Source of the DNA: Chloroflexota bacterium
Lineage (GTDB): Bacteria; Chloroflexota; Limnocylindria; Limnocylindrales; CSP1-4
NCBI GenBank assembly: GCA_021786385.1
Contig: JAJYNJ010000027.1
Coordinates: 20,760-84,759, forward strand
Reading direction: 5' to 3'
Length of the DNA stretch: 64,000 bases
The notes beneath the pieces are model-generated. The model was not told where the DNA came from, ran no database searches, and worked only from the letters and a program-made list of their open reading frames with translations. The position numbers and the translations under genes were made by a program. This document shows positions 1 to 8,746 of the stretch, in pieces (position 1 is the stretch's first letter; every line of letters begins with the position of its first letter).

Positions 1-146
1 TCGTGGCGGGCGAAGAGCTCGACGACATCGCGTGGGAAGACGGCGTTCTGGTCGATCTCGGCTGCCCGGGGTGCGATGCGCTCCCGGGCCAGCTCGCGCA
101 CGGCCTCCCGCAGCTCGAGCTGCTCTTGCGTGAGTCGGCTGGTCAT
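1..146 (-). CDS. acyl-CoA dehydrogenase, N-terminal fragment (gene continues beyond window start)
   Basis: Minus-strand translation from the ATG at 144-146 gives MTSRLTQEQLELREAVRELARERIAPRAAEIDQNAVFPRDVVELFARH, which is typical of an ACAD N-terminus. This reading frame is too short for the supplied ORF track. Its ATG overlaps the stop of the upstream gene in an ATGA arrangement. Confidence 0.55.
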   Translation of the reverse strand, partial: MTSRLTQEQLELREAVRELARERIAPRAAEIDQNAVFPRDVVELFARH

Positions 147-2341
147 CGCTGCCCCTCCTCCGCTGCCATCGCCCGCACCGCCGCCGGTGCCAAGCCTGCC
201 GTCGGTGCCAGGCCCGCCGCCAGCAGTTCGGCAATATCGATCGTCTCGATCCCTTGACGAGCCGTCCCGGCTCCGACCGCGTCCGCGATCCCGTCGCGCA
301 TCATCACGAGGCAGAACGGACAGGCGGTGGCGACCGCCTCCGCGCCGGTCTCGAGCGCCTGGCGCGTGCGTTCCGCGTTGATGCGGAGCCCGCGCCGCTC
401 CTCCATCCACATGCGCCCGCCGCCCGCGCCGCAGCAGAAACTCTCCCGGCCACGGCGTTCCATCTCGCGCAGATCGAGACCGGGCACCGCGGCGAGGACG
501 GCGCGCGGCTCCTCGACCACACCGTTGTAGCGTGTCAGGTAGCACGAGTCGTGGTAGGTGACGGAGCGCCGCGCGGGGACCGCGGCCCCGCGCTCGTCTG
601 CCACCGCGCGCAGCCGTCCCTCGGCAACGAGCCGCGCCAGGTACGCGCTGTGGTGCACCACGTCGTAGCGCCCGCCGAACTGCGGGTACTCGTGGGCGAG
701 CGTGTTGAAGCAGTGCGGACAGGCCGTCAGGATCAGGGGCGGCCGATACCGCTCGAGGGTCTCGACGTTCGTCTGGGCCAGCATCTGGTAGAGATACTCG
801 TTGCCCATGCGCCGCGCCGGATCGCCTGAGCAGCTCTCCTCTTGTCCGAGGACGGCGAAGCGCACTCCCGCCGCGTGCAGGCACGTGACGACCGCGCGAG
901 CCACGCGCCGGTTGCGGTCGTCGAAGGCGGCCGCGCAGCCCACCCAGTAGAGGACCTCGAGCGCCGGCGCGTCGTCTCGCGCGCTGCTCCCGGGACCTGC
1001 GCCGCCGCTCGGACGGGCGGCCAGGTCGGCCAAGGTCGGCACCTCGAACGGCAGTCCCTTCGCCCAGTCGAGCCGAGCGGACCGGGGCTGGCCCCACGGG
1101 TTGCCGTAGCGCTCCATGTTCGTGAAGGCGGCCGTCACCTCCGGCGGGAACCGGCTCTCTTCGAGCACCAGGTTGCGCCGCAACCCGACGATCTTGTCGA
1201 CGTGCTCGATCGTGACCGGGCACGCCTCGACGCACGCGCCGCACGTGACGCAGTCCCAAACCGCGTCATAGGGGACCGCGGTGTCCACGATCGGGCGCTG
1301 GAGCGCCTCGGTCGAGACGCCGGCCGCGAGCCGCCCGCGGGCATCCGCGGCGCGCACCCAGGGCACCGCGCGCAGTCCAGGCACGAGGGGCACGCCCACC
1401 TCGGCGTCGACCGCCATCTGGCGCAGCCCCATGATGAATGTCTTGGGGTTGAGCGGTTTGCCGGTCGCCCAGGCCGGGCACTGCGCCTGGCAGCGTCCGC
1501 ACTCGGTGCAGGTGAACGCGTCGAGCAGGTCCTTCCAGCCGAGATCGGCGACCGCGCGCACGCCGAAGGTGCCCGTCTCCGCTTCGAGGTTCATGGCCGG
1601 CAGCTCGCCGCGCGGACCGATCTTGCGGAACGCGGTGTTGAAGAAGGCCGTGGCGATGTGCAGATGCTTGGAGCCGGGCAGGTAGACGAGGAACGCGCTG
1701 ACCAGCAGGATGTTGGTCCACCACGCGACCGCCAGGATCGCCTCCTGCGCGGCGGGTGCAAGGGGCGCGGCGATCAGCTGGCCGAGCGGCCAGGAGACGA
1801 GCGAGGCGTGCGCAAATGGGTCGCCGTACCGCGCCAGACGGAACGCTTCGGCCAGCAGCTCGCTCGAGACGATCCCGCCGATCAGCACCAGGATCAGGAG
1901 GGCGTCGCGCGAGAGCGTGATGCGCGCCGGGCGGGTCACGAGGCGACGGAATGCGGCGTACAGCACCGCTACCAGGACGGCCAGCGCGAGCAGGTTGCCC
2001 AGGGCGACGACGATCCGCCAGAGCCAGCCGTCGACCGGCCAGGCGAGGACCGCCTGGACGAGCCCCCCGGTCACGCGGTTGGCGGTCCCGATCGTGAGCA
2101 CCACGAAGCCCCAGAAGATCGCCGCGTGCATGACCCCGGCGCGCGGATCGCGGAACATGCGCACCTGCGCGATGGCGTAGACCAGCAGCGAGCGGACGCG
2201 CTCGCCGATCCGGTCGCCGAGGGGCGACGGCCGCGTGGCGGCGAAGACCCGCAAGTGGCGTGCCATCTGGAGCGCGAAGGCGATGACGGCGAGTGTGAAG
2301 ACGACGGGCGCGAGCGGGTAGAGGGGGATCTGCGAGGTCAC
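143..2341 (-). CDS. membrane-anchored Fe-S oxidoreductase with two CCG domains (HdrD/GlpC-like; architecture resembles mycobacterial EtfD)
   Basis: 732-aa ORF. The N-terminus has about five hydrophobic helices. It carries two 4Fe-4S ferredoxin motifs (CTECGRCQAQCP and CVTCGACVEACP) and Cys-rich CCG-type motifs (CPHCFNT, CCGAGGG). Its start overlaps the moaB stop (ATGA). Confidence 0.75.
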   Translation of the reverse strand: MTSQIPLYPLAPVVFTLAVIAFALQMARHLRVFAATRPSPLGDRIGERVRSLLVYAIAQVRMFRDPRAGVMHAAIFWGFVVLTIGTANRVTGGLVQAVLAWPVDGWLWRIVVALGNLLALAVLVAVLYAAFRRLVTRPARITLSRDALLILVLIGGIVSSELLAEAFRLARYGDPFAHASLVSWPLGQLIAAPLAPAAQEAILAVAWWTNILLVSAFLVYLPGSKHLHIATAFFNTAFRKIGPRGELPAMNLEAETGTFGVRAVADLGWKDLLDAFTCTECGRCQAQCPAWATGKPLNPKTFIMGLRQMAVDAEVGVPLVPGLRAVPWVRAADARGRLAAGVSTEALQRPIVDTAVPYDAVWDCVTCGACVEACPVTIEHVDKIVGLRRNLVLEESRFPPEVTAAFTNMERYGNPWGQPRSARLDWAKGLPFEVPTLADLAARPSGGAGPGSSARDDAPALEVLYWVGCAAAFDDRNRRVARAVVTCLHAAGVRFAVLGQEESCSGDPARRMGNEYLYQMLAQTNVETLERYRPPLILTACPHCFNTLAHEYPQFGGRYDVVHHSAYLARLVAEGRLRAVADERGAAVPARRSVTYHDSCYLTRYNGVVEEPRAVLAAVPGLDLREMERRGRESFCCGAGGGRMWMEERRGLRINAERTRQALETGAEAVATACPFCLVMMRDGIADAVGAGTARQGIETIDIAELLAAGLAPTAGLAPAAVRAMAAEEGQR

Positions 2342-2901
2342 CGCCGCGCCTCGCGCCTCGTGGTCGAAGCGGGCCCGTGACGCCCTGCGGCCACCTCGTC
2401 CGCGCCGGCCACCTCGTCCGTCCTGGCCGTGTGGTCCGCCCCAGCCAGCGTCTCGAGCGCGTGCGGGAGCAGGTCGGCGACCGCGTCGAGCGACTCCAGG
2501 GCTCCGCGCGGGCTGCCCGGCACCACGAGCACGAGCGATCGCTCGACCACGCCGGCCAGCGACCGGGAGAGCGCCGCGAGCGGGGTCGTGCGCCGCCCTA
2601 CGGCACGCATCACCTCGCCGAAGCCGGGAATCTCGTAGTCGAGCACGCCGACCAGCGCCTGCGGCGTCACGTCGCGCGGCCCCAGCCCGGTCCCTCCCGC
2701 GACCACCACCAGCGCGTGCCGTCGCGCCGCCACCGCCGCGCGCACGGCCGCCGCGATCTGCGCCGGTTCGTCGGGGACCAGCCCGACCGTGGCGTCATGG
2801 CCGAGTTCGCGGAGGCGTGCGGCCAGGCGCGGTCCGGTCTCGTCGGCGCGCTCTCCGCGTGCTGCGCGGTCGCTGACGGTGAGCACAAAGGCGCGCGCCA
2901 T
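2338..2901 (-). CDS. moaB: molybdenum cofactor biosynthesis protein B (MoaB/MogA family)
   Basis: Translation reads MARAFVLTVSDRAARGERADETGPRLAARLRELGHDATV...GGTGLGPRDVTP, the MogA/MoaB fold signature. The start was refined to the internal ATG at 2899-2901, immediately after the moaC stop. Confidence 0.8.
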   Translation of the reverse strand: MARAFVLTVSDRAARGERADETGPRLAARLRELGHDATVGLVPDEPAQIAAAVRAAVAARRHALVVVAGGTGLGPRDVTPQALVGVLDYEIPGFGEVMRAVGRRTTPLAALSRSLAGVVERSLVLVVPGSPRGALESLDAVADLLPHALETLAGADHTARTDEVAGADEVAAGRHGPASTTRREARR

Positions 2902-2902
2902 G

Positions 2903-3487
2903 TCACGTCCGCCGGGAGGCGCGACGCGGCCCGCGGGTGCCCGGCGGCAATCGGACATTGCTCGCGGGCTCGGGTGTGGCCGGGCGGCGCCACTCCCCCG
3001 AGGCGCCTCCGGACTTCTCGAGCAGCCGGATGTGGTGGATCTCCGCGCCACGATCGATGCCTTTGACCATGTCGTAGACGGTGAGCGCGGCCACCGCGAC
3101 CGCCGTCAGCGCCTCCATCTCGACGCCCGTCTGGGCGATCGTCGCAGCAGTCGCGCGGACTCGCAGGGCGGATGCCCCGCGATCGGGCGTCACTTCGACC
3201 ACGAGGTCCGTGAGCGGGATCGGGTGGCAGAGAGGGACGAGGTCGGCGGTCCGCTTGCCGCCCATCACGCCGGCCATCTCCGCGACCGTGAAGACGTCTC
3301 CCTTCGGCCCGGCGCCGTCGATCACTACGCTCAGCGTCTCCTGCGAGACCAGCACCTCGGCCTCCGCCACCGCCCGCCGCGCAGTCGGTGGCTTGGCGCT
3401 CACGTCGACCATGCGCGGCCGTCCGGCGCGGTCGACATGCGTGAGCCGGCGCCGTGCCGCGCGGGGCGCCCCGGGTTCCGTCATCAT
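2903..3487 (-). CDS. moaC: cyclic pyranopterin monophosphate synthase MoaC
   Basis: Translation ...RLTHVDRAGRPRMVDVSAKPPTARRAVAEAEV...MEALTAVAVAALTVYDMVKGIDRG shows conserved MoaC motifs. Confidence 0.85.
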   Translation of the reverse strand: MMTEPGAPRAARRRLTHVDRAGRPRMVDVSAKPPTARRAVAEAEVLVSQETLSVVIDGAGPKGDVFTVAEMAGVMGGKRTADLVPLCHPIPLTDLVVEVTPDRGASALRVRATAATIAQTGVEMEALTAVAVAALTVYDMVKGIDRGAEIHHIRLLEKSGGASGEWRRPATPEPASNVRLPPGTRGPRRASRRT

Positions 3488-3506
3488 GCCGCGCAGCTCG
3501 CGTTTC

Positions 3507-4814
3507 TCATCGCCCCTCGTCCTCCAGCTGCCAGACCTCGACCGTCGCGCCGGCGGGAAGCCCCGGCACGTCCTCCGAGATCACGGCGAGCCCGTCCGCC
3601 GCCGCGAGCGCCGAGAGCACGTGTGAACCCTGCCCGCCCGCGCGCCACGCCAGCAACTGCCCGGAGCCGGATGGATCCGCTGCCAGTCGCACCCGCAGGA
3701 AGGCCCGGCGTCCCGGCGACTTCGTGACCGGCTCGGCGAGCACGGCGCTCACGCGACGGCGGTCGCTCGCCGCCGGTCGCCCGGCGAGGGCCCGCACGAA
3801 CGGCCGCACAAAGAGCTCGAACGTGACGAACGTGCTGACCGGGTTTCCCGGCAGACCGAAGAGCGCGACCGGCCGCTCGGGGTCGGCGCGGTCACCGCCG
3901 CGGCCCGCGCGAGTGCGCCCGAACGCGAGTGGCTTCCCCGGCTGCATCGCGACGCGCCAGAACGCTACCTCGCCGAGGGCCGCAAACGCATCCCGGACGT
4001 GATCGTGCGCACCCACTGACACGCCGCCGCTGAGCACGACGACGTCGGCCCAGGCGACGGCCGCCGCCAAGCGCTCCGTGAGGACCTGCGGGTCGTCCTG
4101 GGCGATGCCGAAGGAGCGGGCCAGCGCGCCCGCCGCACGCGCCTGCACGACGAGCGCCGGGGTGTTGCTGTCATAGATGCGCCCCGGGCCAAGCGGCTGG
4201 CCGGCGGGGGTCAGTTCGTCGCCGGTCGCCAGGATGCCCACTCTAGGGCGCCGGTGGACCAGCACGCGGGCCGCGCCGCTGGCAGCGGCGAGCGCCACCG
4301 CCGACGGTCCGAGCACACGGCCGCGCTCGAGGACTGCCGTTCCGGACCGCACGTCTTCGCCCGCGCGACGCACGTTGGCCCCGCTCGGCGCGGCGACCCG
4401 GATGGCGACCATAGCTGGCAACTCAGCGACGCCGGGCGGCGCGTCCGTCTCCTCGACCGGGACCACCGTGTCGGCGTCGGCCGGGAGGATCGCCCCGGTC
4501 GTGATCCGGAAGGCAGTCCCGGGGTCGACCGCGCGGGGCGGTACGTGGCCCGCGGCGACTTCGCCCACGACGCGCAACCGCACCGGGTCCGCGGGCGTGG
4601 CGCCAAGCAGGTCGGCGGCCCGCACGGCGAAGCCGTCCATCGCGCTGTTGTCCCAGGGCGGGAGCGCCGTGGTCGCGACCACGGGCGCCGCCAACACGCG
4701 GCCGGCGGCCTCCGCGAGCTCGACGAGCTCACCGGCCAGCGGCGCGGCACCCTCCAGGACGCGCTCGAGCGCCTCCTCGACGCGCAGCAAGCCCGCGCTA
4801 CGTTCCGCGCTCAT
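3507..4814 (-). CDS. moeA: molybdopterin molybdenumtransferase MoeA
   Basis: 435-aa ORF with MoeA hallmarks (PPWDNSAMDGFAV, GDEL, LSGGVSVG, LPGNPVS). Confidence 0.85.
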   Translation of the reverse strand: MSAERSAGLLRVEEALERVLEGAAPLAGELVELAEAAGRVLAAPVVATTALPPWDNSAMDGFAVRAADLLGATPADPVRLRVVGEVAAGHVPPRAVDPGTAFRITTGAILPADADTVVPVEETDAPPGVAELPAMVAIRVAAPSGANVRRAGEDVRSGTAVLERGRVLGPSAVALAAASGAARVLVHRRPRVGILATGDELTPAGQPLGPGRIYDSNTPALVVQARAAGALARSFGIAQDDPQVLTERLAAAVAWADVVVLSGGVSVGAHDHVRDAFAALGEVAFWRVAMQPGKPLAFGRTRAGRGGDRADPERPVALFGLPGNPVSTFVTFELFVRPFVRALAGRPAASDRRRVSAVLAEPVTKSPGRRAFLRVRLAADPSGSGQLLAWRAGGQGSHVLSALAAADGLAVISEDVPGLPAGATVEVWQLEDEGR

Positions 4815-5539
4815 CGGCCAGTGCCCTGGACCGAGGCGGGGCTCGAGGCGTCCTCCTCCGCGGCCCGTGCCCGCGCGAGCCGCTCGCGCTGCAGCGCGTG
4901 GAGCCGCCAGGTGGCGATCAGCGCGAGGAGGACAGAGAGCACCAGCGTCCCCGTCGCGAGCGCCATCGAGGTGAGCTCCCAGAAGGGCGTCGGATAGAGC
5001 TGCACCATCCGCTCGGTGGCGCTGTCGAACGCCCAGTTGCCCTGCGGAAAGAAGATCTCGTGGAAGAGCGTGAACGCTGTGTCGAACGCTGACGCGAAGA
5101 AGAGCGCGAGCGCTGCGAAGGCGGCCGCGAGCGCCAGGGCGCCCGCGCGGACCGCGCGCCAGGCACGCGGCTCACGGCGCCGCGGCCCCAGCGTCAGCAA
5201 TAGCCCCAGCACGCCCACGAGCACCAAGCCGCCGAACAGGTGCAGCAGGGTGGCCGCATCGCGCAGGTGCGCCGCCTCGGCGGCGTCGTAGAAGCGCGGC
5301 CCGCCGGGCGTGGCGGCGAACGCGAACGTCCCGGGCCCGACCAGCATCTCTATGATGGTCCGATCGGAGACGGCGTGGGTGGTCCGCGTGTCCAGACCCA
5401 GGATCGCGGCGCTGCCTGCGGCGTCCAGGGCGGCGTGGATGAAGAACGGGTTGAAGACCGCCGCGAACGCCAGCCCTAGGACGAGACAGACGGTGCCCAC
5501 TGCGATCACCCACCACGCCCCGGTACCGGGGCCGTTCAC
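4811..5539 (-). CDS. integral membrane protein, DUF1461/TIGR01906-like
   Basis: 242-aa ORF with multiple hydrophobic segments. It overlaps the moeA start by 4 nt. The family assignment comes from recall of the motif layout. Confidence 0.5.
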   Translation of the reverse strand: MNGPGTGAWWVIAVGTVCLVLGLAFAAVFNPFFIHAALDAAGSAAILGLDTRTTHAVSDRTIIEMLVGPGTFAFAATPGGPRFYDAAEAAHLRDAATLLHLFGGLVLVGVLGLLLTLGPRRREPRAWRAVRAGALALAAAFAALALFFASAFDTAFTLFHEIFFPQGNWAFDSATERMVQLYPTPFWELTSMALATGTLVLSVLLALIATWRLHALQRERLARARAAEEDASSPASVQGTGR

Positions 5540-5543
5540 CGCC

Positions 5544-5933
5544 CTACTCCTCCTCGAGCGTGTGTGCCTGTTGCCACCAGCCCTCGACCGTCAGATCGTC
5601 GGGTCGCTCGACGCCCAGGATCTGCGCGGCGCGCGACAACCGTGCACGCAGCTCGTCGAGCGAGAGCGCCTGCACCTCGGAGATCCCGGTGATCCCGGCC
5701 TGGGCGAAGATCGCCTGCTCGCGCGGCCCGAACCGGGCGAGGTTGAGCAGCATCGCCTCGTCGCGCCACGCGTCGACGTCGACGGTGGTGGCGCCCACCT
5801 GGTCGGCCAAGTACTGGCGCCGCGTGGGCGTCTCCGAAACCTCGAGCAGCAACCCGCTCGTGAAGATGCCCTGGCGATCGAGCCGCTCCAGGTAGACCGG
5901 GGGCACGCGCTGGAGCTGCGAGAGCGGCGGCAC
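5544..5933 (-). CDS. DUF4332 domain protein
   Basis: 129-aa ORF reading MPPLSQLQRVPPVYLERLDRQGIFTSGLLLE...AGITGISEVQALSLDELRARL, a helix-hairpin-helix-like DUF4332 pattern. It was chosen over alternative overlapping frames because of its family-like sequence. Confidence 0.45.
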   Translation of the reverse strand: MPPLSQLQRVPPVYLERLDRQGIFTSGLLLEVSETPTRRQYLADQVGATTVDVDAWRDEAMLLNLARFGPREQAIFAQAGITGISEVQALSLDELRARLSRAAQILGVERPDDLTVEGWWQQAHTLEEE

Positions 5934-6085
5934 GGTTCGCGGGACCTCCTCGTGCGAGCGCGCCCGTTGCGTGCGGGCTCAACTGGCCGGCTCCGCTCCG
6001 GCCTGGACATGCGCTAGGAGTGATTATGCCCGCTCCGCCGGGCGACGATAGCCGCGTTCCGCCACCACCACGTACGCCGCGCCGC

Positions 6086-7600
6086 CTACTGCGCCGGGTC
6101 GCCCCAGATCGTGTAGTGCCAGCCCTTCTCGGCCTCGCCGCTCAGCTCCACCATGACGTGCTTGACCTGGGTGTACTCCTCGACCGAGTACGCCGAGAGG
6201 TCTTTGCCGAACCCGGACTGCTTGAAGCCGCCGTGGGGCATCTCGCTCGTGAGCGGCAGGTGGTCGTTGACCCAGACTGCGCCGAAGTCGAGCGCCTTGG
6301 CCACGCGCATGGCACGGAAGACGTCGCGCGTCCAGACCGAGCTCGCCAGTCCGTAACGCACGTCGTTCGCCTGCTCGATCACCTCCGCTTCGGTGTCGAA
6401 AGGGAGGACCGTGAGGACAGGACCGAAGATCTCCAGCTGGCAGATCTCCGCGTCCTGCGCGACGTGATCGACCACCGTCGGCTGGAAGAACGCGCCGTTC
6501 AGCCCCGGCACCGTCGCGCGTGCGCCGCCGATCAGGACCCGCGCGCCCGCCTCCCTGGCGCGGTCGACGAAGCCCTGCACCCGCTGCAGCTGCGCTTCGC
6601 TGATCAAACTCCCCATGTCGGTGGCGCGATCTCGGGGATCCCCGACCCGTACCGTCCGCACGTGGTCGAGCAGCAGCTCCAGGAAGCGGTCATAGACCTC
6701 GCGCTGGATATAGAGCCGCGTGGCCGCCGTGCAGTCCTGGCCGGCGTTCACGAGCCCCGCGACGACGGCACCCCGCGCGGCCGCCTCCAGGTCGGCGTCG
6801 CCGAAGACGATGAACGGCGCCTTCCCGCCCAGTTCTAGGTGCAGACGCTTGAGGGTCCCGCTCGCGGCGGCTTGGATCTTCTTGCCGGTCTCGGAATCGC
6901 CCGTCAGCGAGACCATGTCGATGCCCGGGTGGGCGGCAATCGCCGCGCCGACGAGATCGCCCCGGCCGGTGACGATGTTGAGGACCCCGTCGGGCAGGCC
7001 CGCCTGCTTCGCCAGGTCGCCGAGCATGAGGGTCGTGAGCGGCGTCGCGGTCGCCGGCTTGAGCACCACGCTGTTGCCGGCGGCGAGCGCCGGTCCGATC
7101 TTCCAGACCGCCATCATCAGCGGGTAGTTCCACGGCGCGATCTGGCCGACGACCCCGATCGGCTCGCGCCGGATCAAGCTCGTGTGGCTCCCGCTGTACT
7201 CGGCGGCGGCCTTCCCCTCGAGGTGCCGGATCGCCCCCGCGAAGAAGCGGAGGTTGTCGGCGGCGAACGGGATGTCGGAGTCGCGGCGCAGCTTGATGGC
7301 CGTCCCGGTCTGCGCGGTCTCGACCTCAGCCAGCTCGTCGGCGTGCGCGTCGATCAGGTCCGCCAGGCGGTGCAGCACTGCGACCCGCTCTGGCCCGTAC
7401 ATCGCCCGCCAGCGTCCGTCGCGAAAGGCTTGCCGCGCGGCGGCCACGGCGCGATCCACGTCCGCCGGCGTGCCCGCTGGCACACGGCCGACCAGCTCGG
7501 CCGTGGCCGGGTTGCGTACCTCGATCCATGCCCCTCCCGACGACTCGACCCACTCGCCGTCGATCAGCATCCTGCGGTCCGTGACGGTGCCGATGGCCAT
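6086..7600 (-). CDS. NAD(P)-dependent aldehyde dehydrogenase
   Basis: The catalytic Cys context GQDCTAATR and general-base context LELGGKAP are present, together with IAPWNYP. The start was refined to the ATG at 7598-7600 (MAIGTVTDRRMLIDGEWV), giving about 505 aa. Confidence 0.85.
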   Translation of the reverse strand: MAIGTVTDRRMLIDGEWVESSGGAWIEVRNPATAELVGRVPAGTPADVDRAVAAARQAFRDGRWRAMYGPERVAVLHRLADLIDAHADELAEVETAQTGTAIKLRRDSDIPFAADNLRFFAGAIRHLEGKAAAEYSGSHTSLIRREPIGVVGQIAPWNYPLMMAVWKIGPALAAGNSVVLKPATATPLTTLMLGDLAKQAGLPDGVLNIVTGRGDLVGAAIAAHPGIDMVSLTGDSETGKKIQAAASGTLKRLHLELGGKAPFIVFGDADLEAAARGAVVAGLVNAGQDCTAATRLYIQREVYDRFLELLLDHVRTVRVGDPRDRATDMGSLISEAQLQRVQGFVDRAREAGARVLIGGARATVPGLNGAFFQPTVVDHVAQDAEICQLEIFGPVLTVLPFDTEAEVIEQANDVRYGLASSVWTRDVFRAMRVAKALDFGAVWVNDHLPLTSEMPHGGFKQSGFGKDLSAYSVEEYTQVKHVMVELSGEAEKGWHYTIWGDPAQ

Positions 7601-7804
7601 CGCTCGCTTCGCTCCTCGCGCTCGGGGCCGGCGGGTCCGCCCGGCCGGCCGGCCTGTTCCGGAGGTCCGCAGTGTAGCGCAGATGCGCAGCGATGGGCCC
7701 CGCCGCTGCCGCGTCATCCGTGGCTTGGCGCGCCCGACACGACGATATTCGCACCAGCTGGCCGCCGCCAAGGTGTGGTTCGTACGGAGGGGTCGCCCCG
7801 CCGG

Positions 7805-8737
7805 TCAGCCGGCGAGCGTCGCCGCGAACGCCTCCAGGCGCGCCGCGAGGCGGGCCGGATGCTGCAGCGGGATGTCGTGGATCGAGTCTTCGAACCACTC
7901 GACCGTCACCGGCGTCCCGATACGCCTGAGGACGCCCTGCGCCAGGGCGACGGCTTGCTCCTTGCCTTCGATGAAGCGCTGCTCGAGCCCCTCGGCGTTG
8001 GCCCGCCGCGCCGGCAGCAGGAGGACCGGACAACGCAGCCGTTCGTAGAGCTCGATCGGGCGCTGCTCCCACATCGCGCGCAAGATGCGCAGGTGGCGCT
8101 CCCGGGAGAGCCGCGGCCGGATCGTCCCGTCGGGGAGCTCCTCGAAGTTGTGGCGCATGGCGGCCTCGATCGAGGCATCCCAGCCGGTCGCGCTCCACCA
8201 GACTGCGGCGCGCGCCGAGAACTCACGCCAGGTCATCGCCTCGAACGTGGGCGGCGCGAGCTCCCGTGCGGTCTCCTCCCATGACATGTGGTGCAGCTCG
8301 ATGAAGCCGCCGTCGACCAGGGCGACCCCGGCCGCCACGCCCGGGTGCCGCGCCGCGTATTCCAGCACCACGTTGCCACCCCAGGAATGGCCGACCAGCA
8401 CTGGGCGCAGAACGCCCGCCGTGCCCCAACCGAGCGCCAGCAGGGCCGTGTGCAGGTCGGACGTCACGGTCGCGAAGTCGTAGCCGTCGTCCGGCCGGTC
8501 GCTCTCACCGTGGCCTCGCGCGTCGATCGCCACGACCGCTCGGGCGGGCCCGCCGGGCTCACCGGCGGCGAGCCGGGCGGCCAGCGGGCCCCAGAAGCCG
8601 GCCGACGACGCCAGGCCGTGGTGCAGCAGGAACGGCGGCGGCTGCGCCGGCCGAGTGCGCGGGGACCACTGCAACGCCGACAAGCGCACGCCGGCGCCCG
8701 GCACGTCGCGGCGCGACGCGGCCAAGGTGCGATCCAC
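7805..8737 (-). CDS. alpha/beta-fold hydrolase
   Basis: 310-aa ORF with the nucleophile elbow GHSWGG and an HGESDRP motif. Confidence 0.7.
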   Translation of the reverse strand: MDRTLAASRRDVPGAGVRLSALQWSPRTRPAQPPPFLLHHGLASSAGFWGPLAARLAAGEPGGPARAVVAIDARGHGESDRPDDGYDFATVTSDLHTALLALGWGTAGVLRPVLVGHSWGGNVVLEYAARHPGVAAGVALVDGGFIELHHMSWEETARELAPPTFEAMTWREFSARAAVWWSATGWDASIEAAMRHNFEELPDGTIRPRLSRERHLRILRAMWEQRPIELYERLRCPVLLLPARRANAEGLEQRFIEGKEQAVALAQGVLRRIGTPVTVEWFEDSIHDIPLQHPARLAARLEAFAATLAG

Positions 8738-8746
8738 CGCCTGAGT

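Noticed and set aside
5536-6010. Alternative minus-strand ORFs 5591-6010 (139 aa) and 5536-5982 (148 aa) overlapping the DUF4332 ORF.
   Set aside because: Their translations are Arg/Ser/Pro-rich and low-complexity. The 5544-5933 frame gives a globular, family-like sequence.
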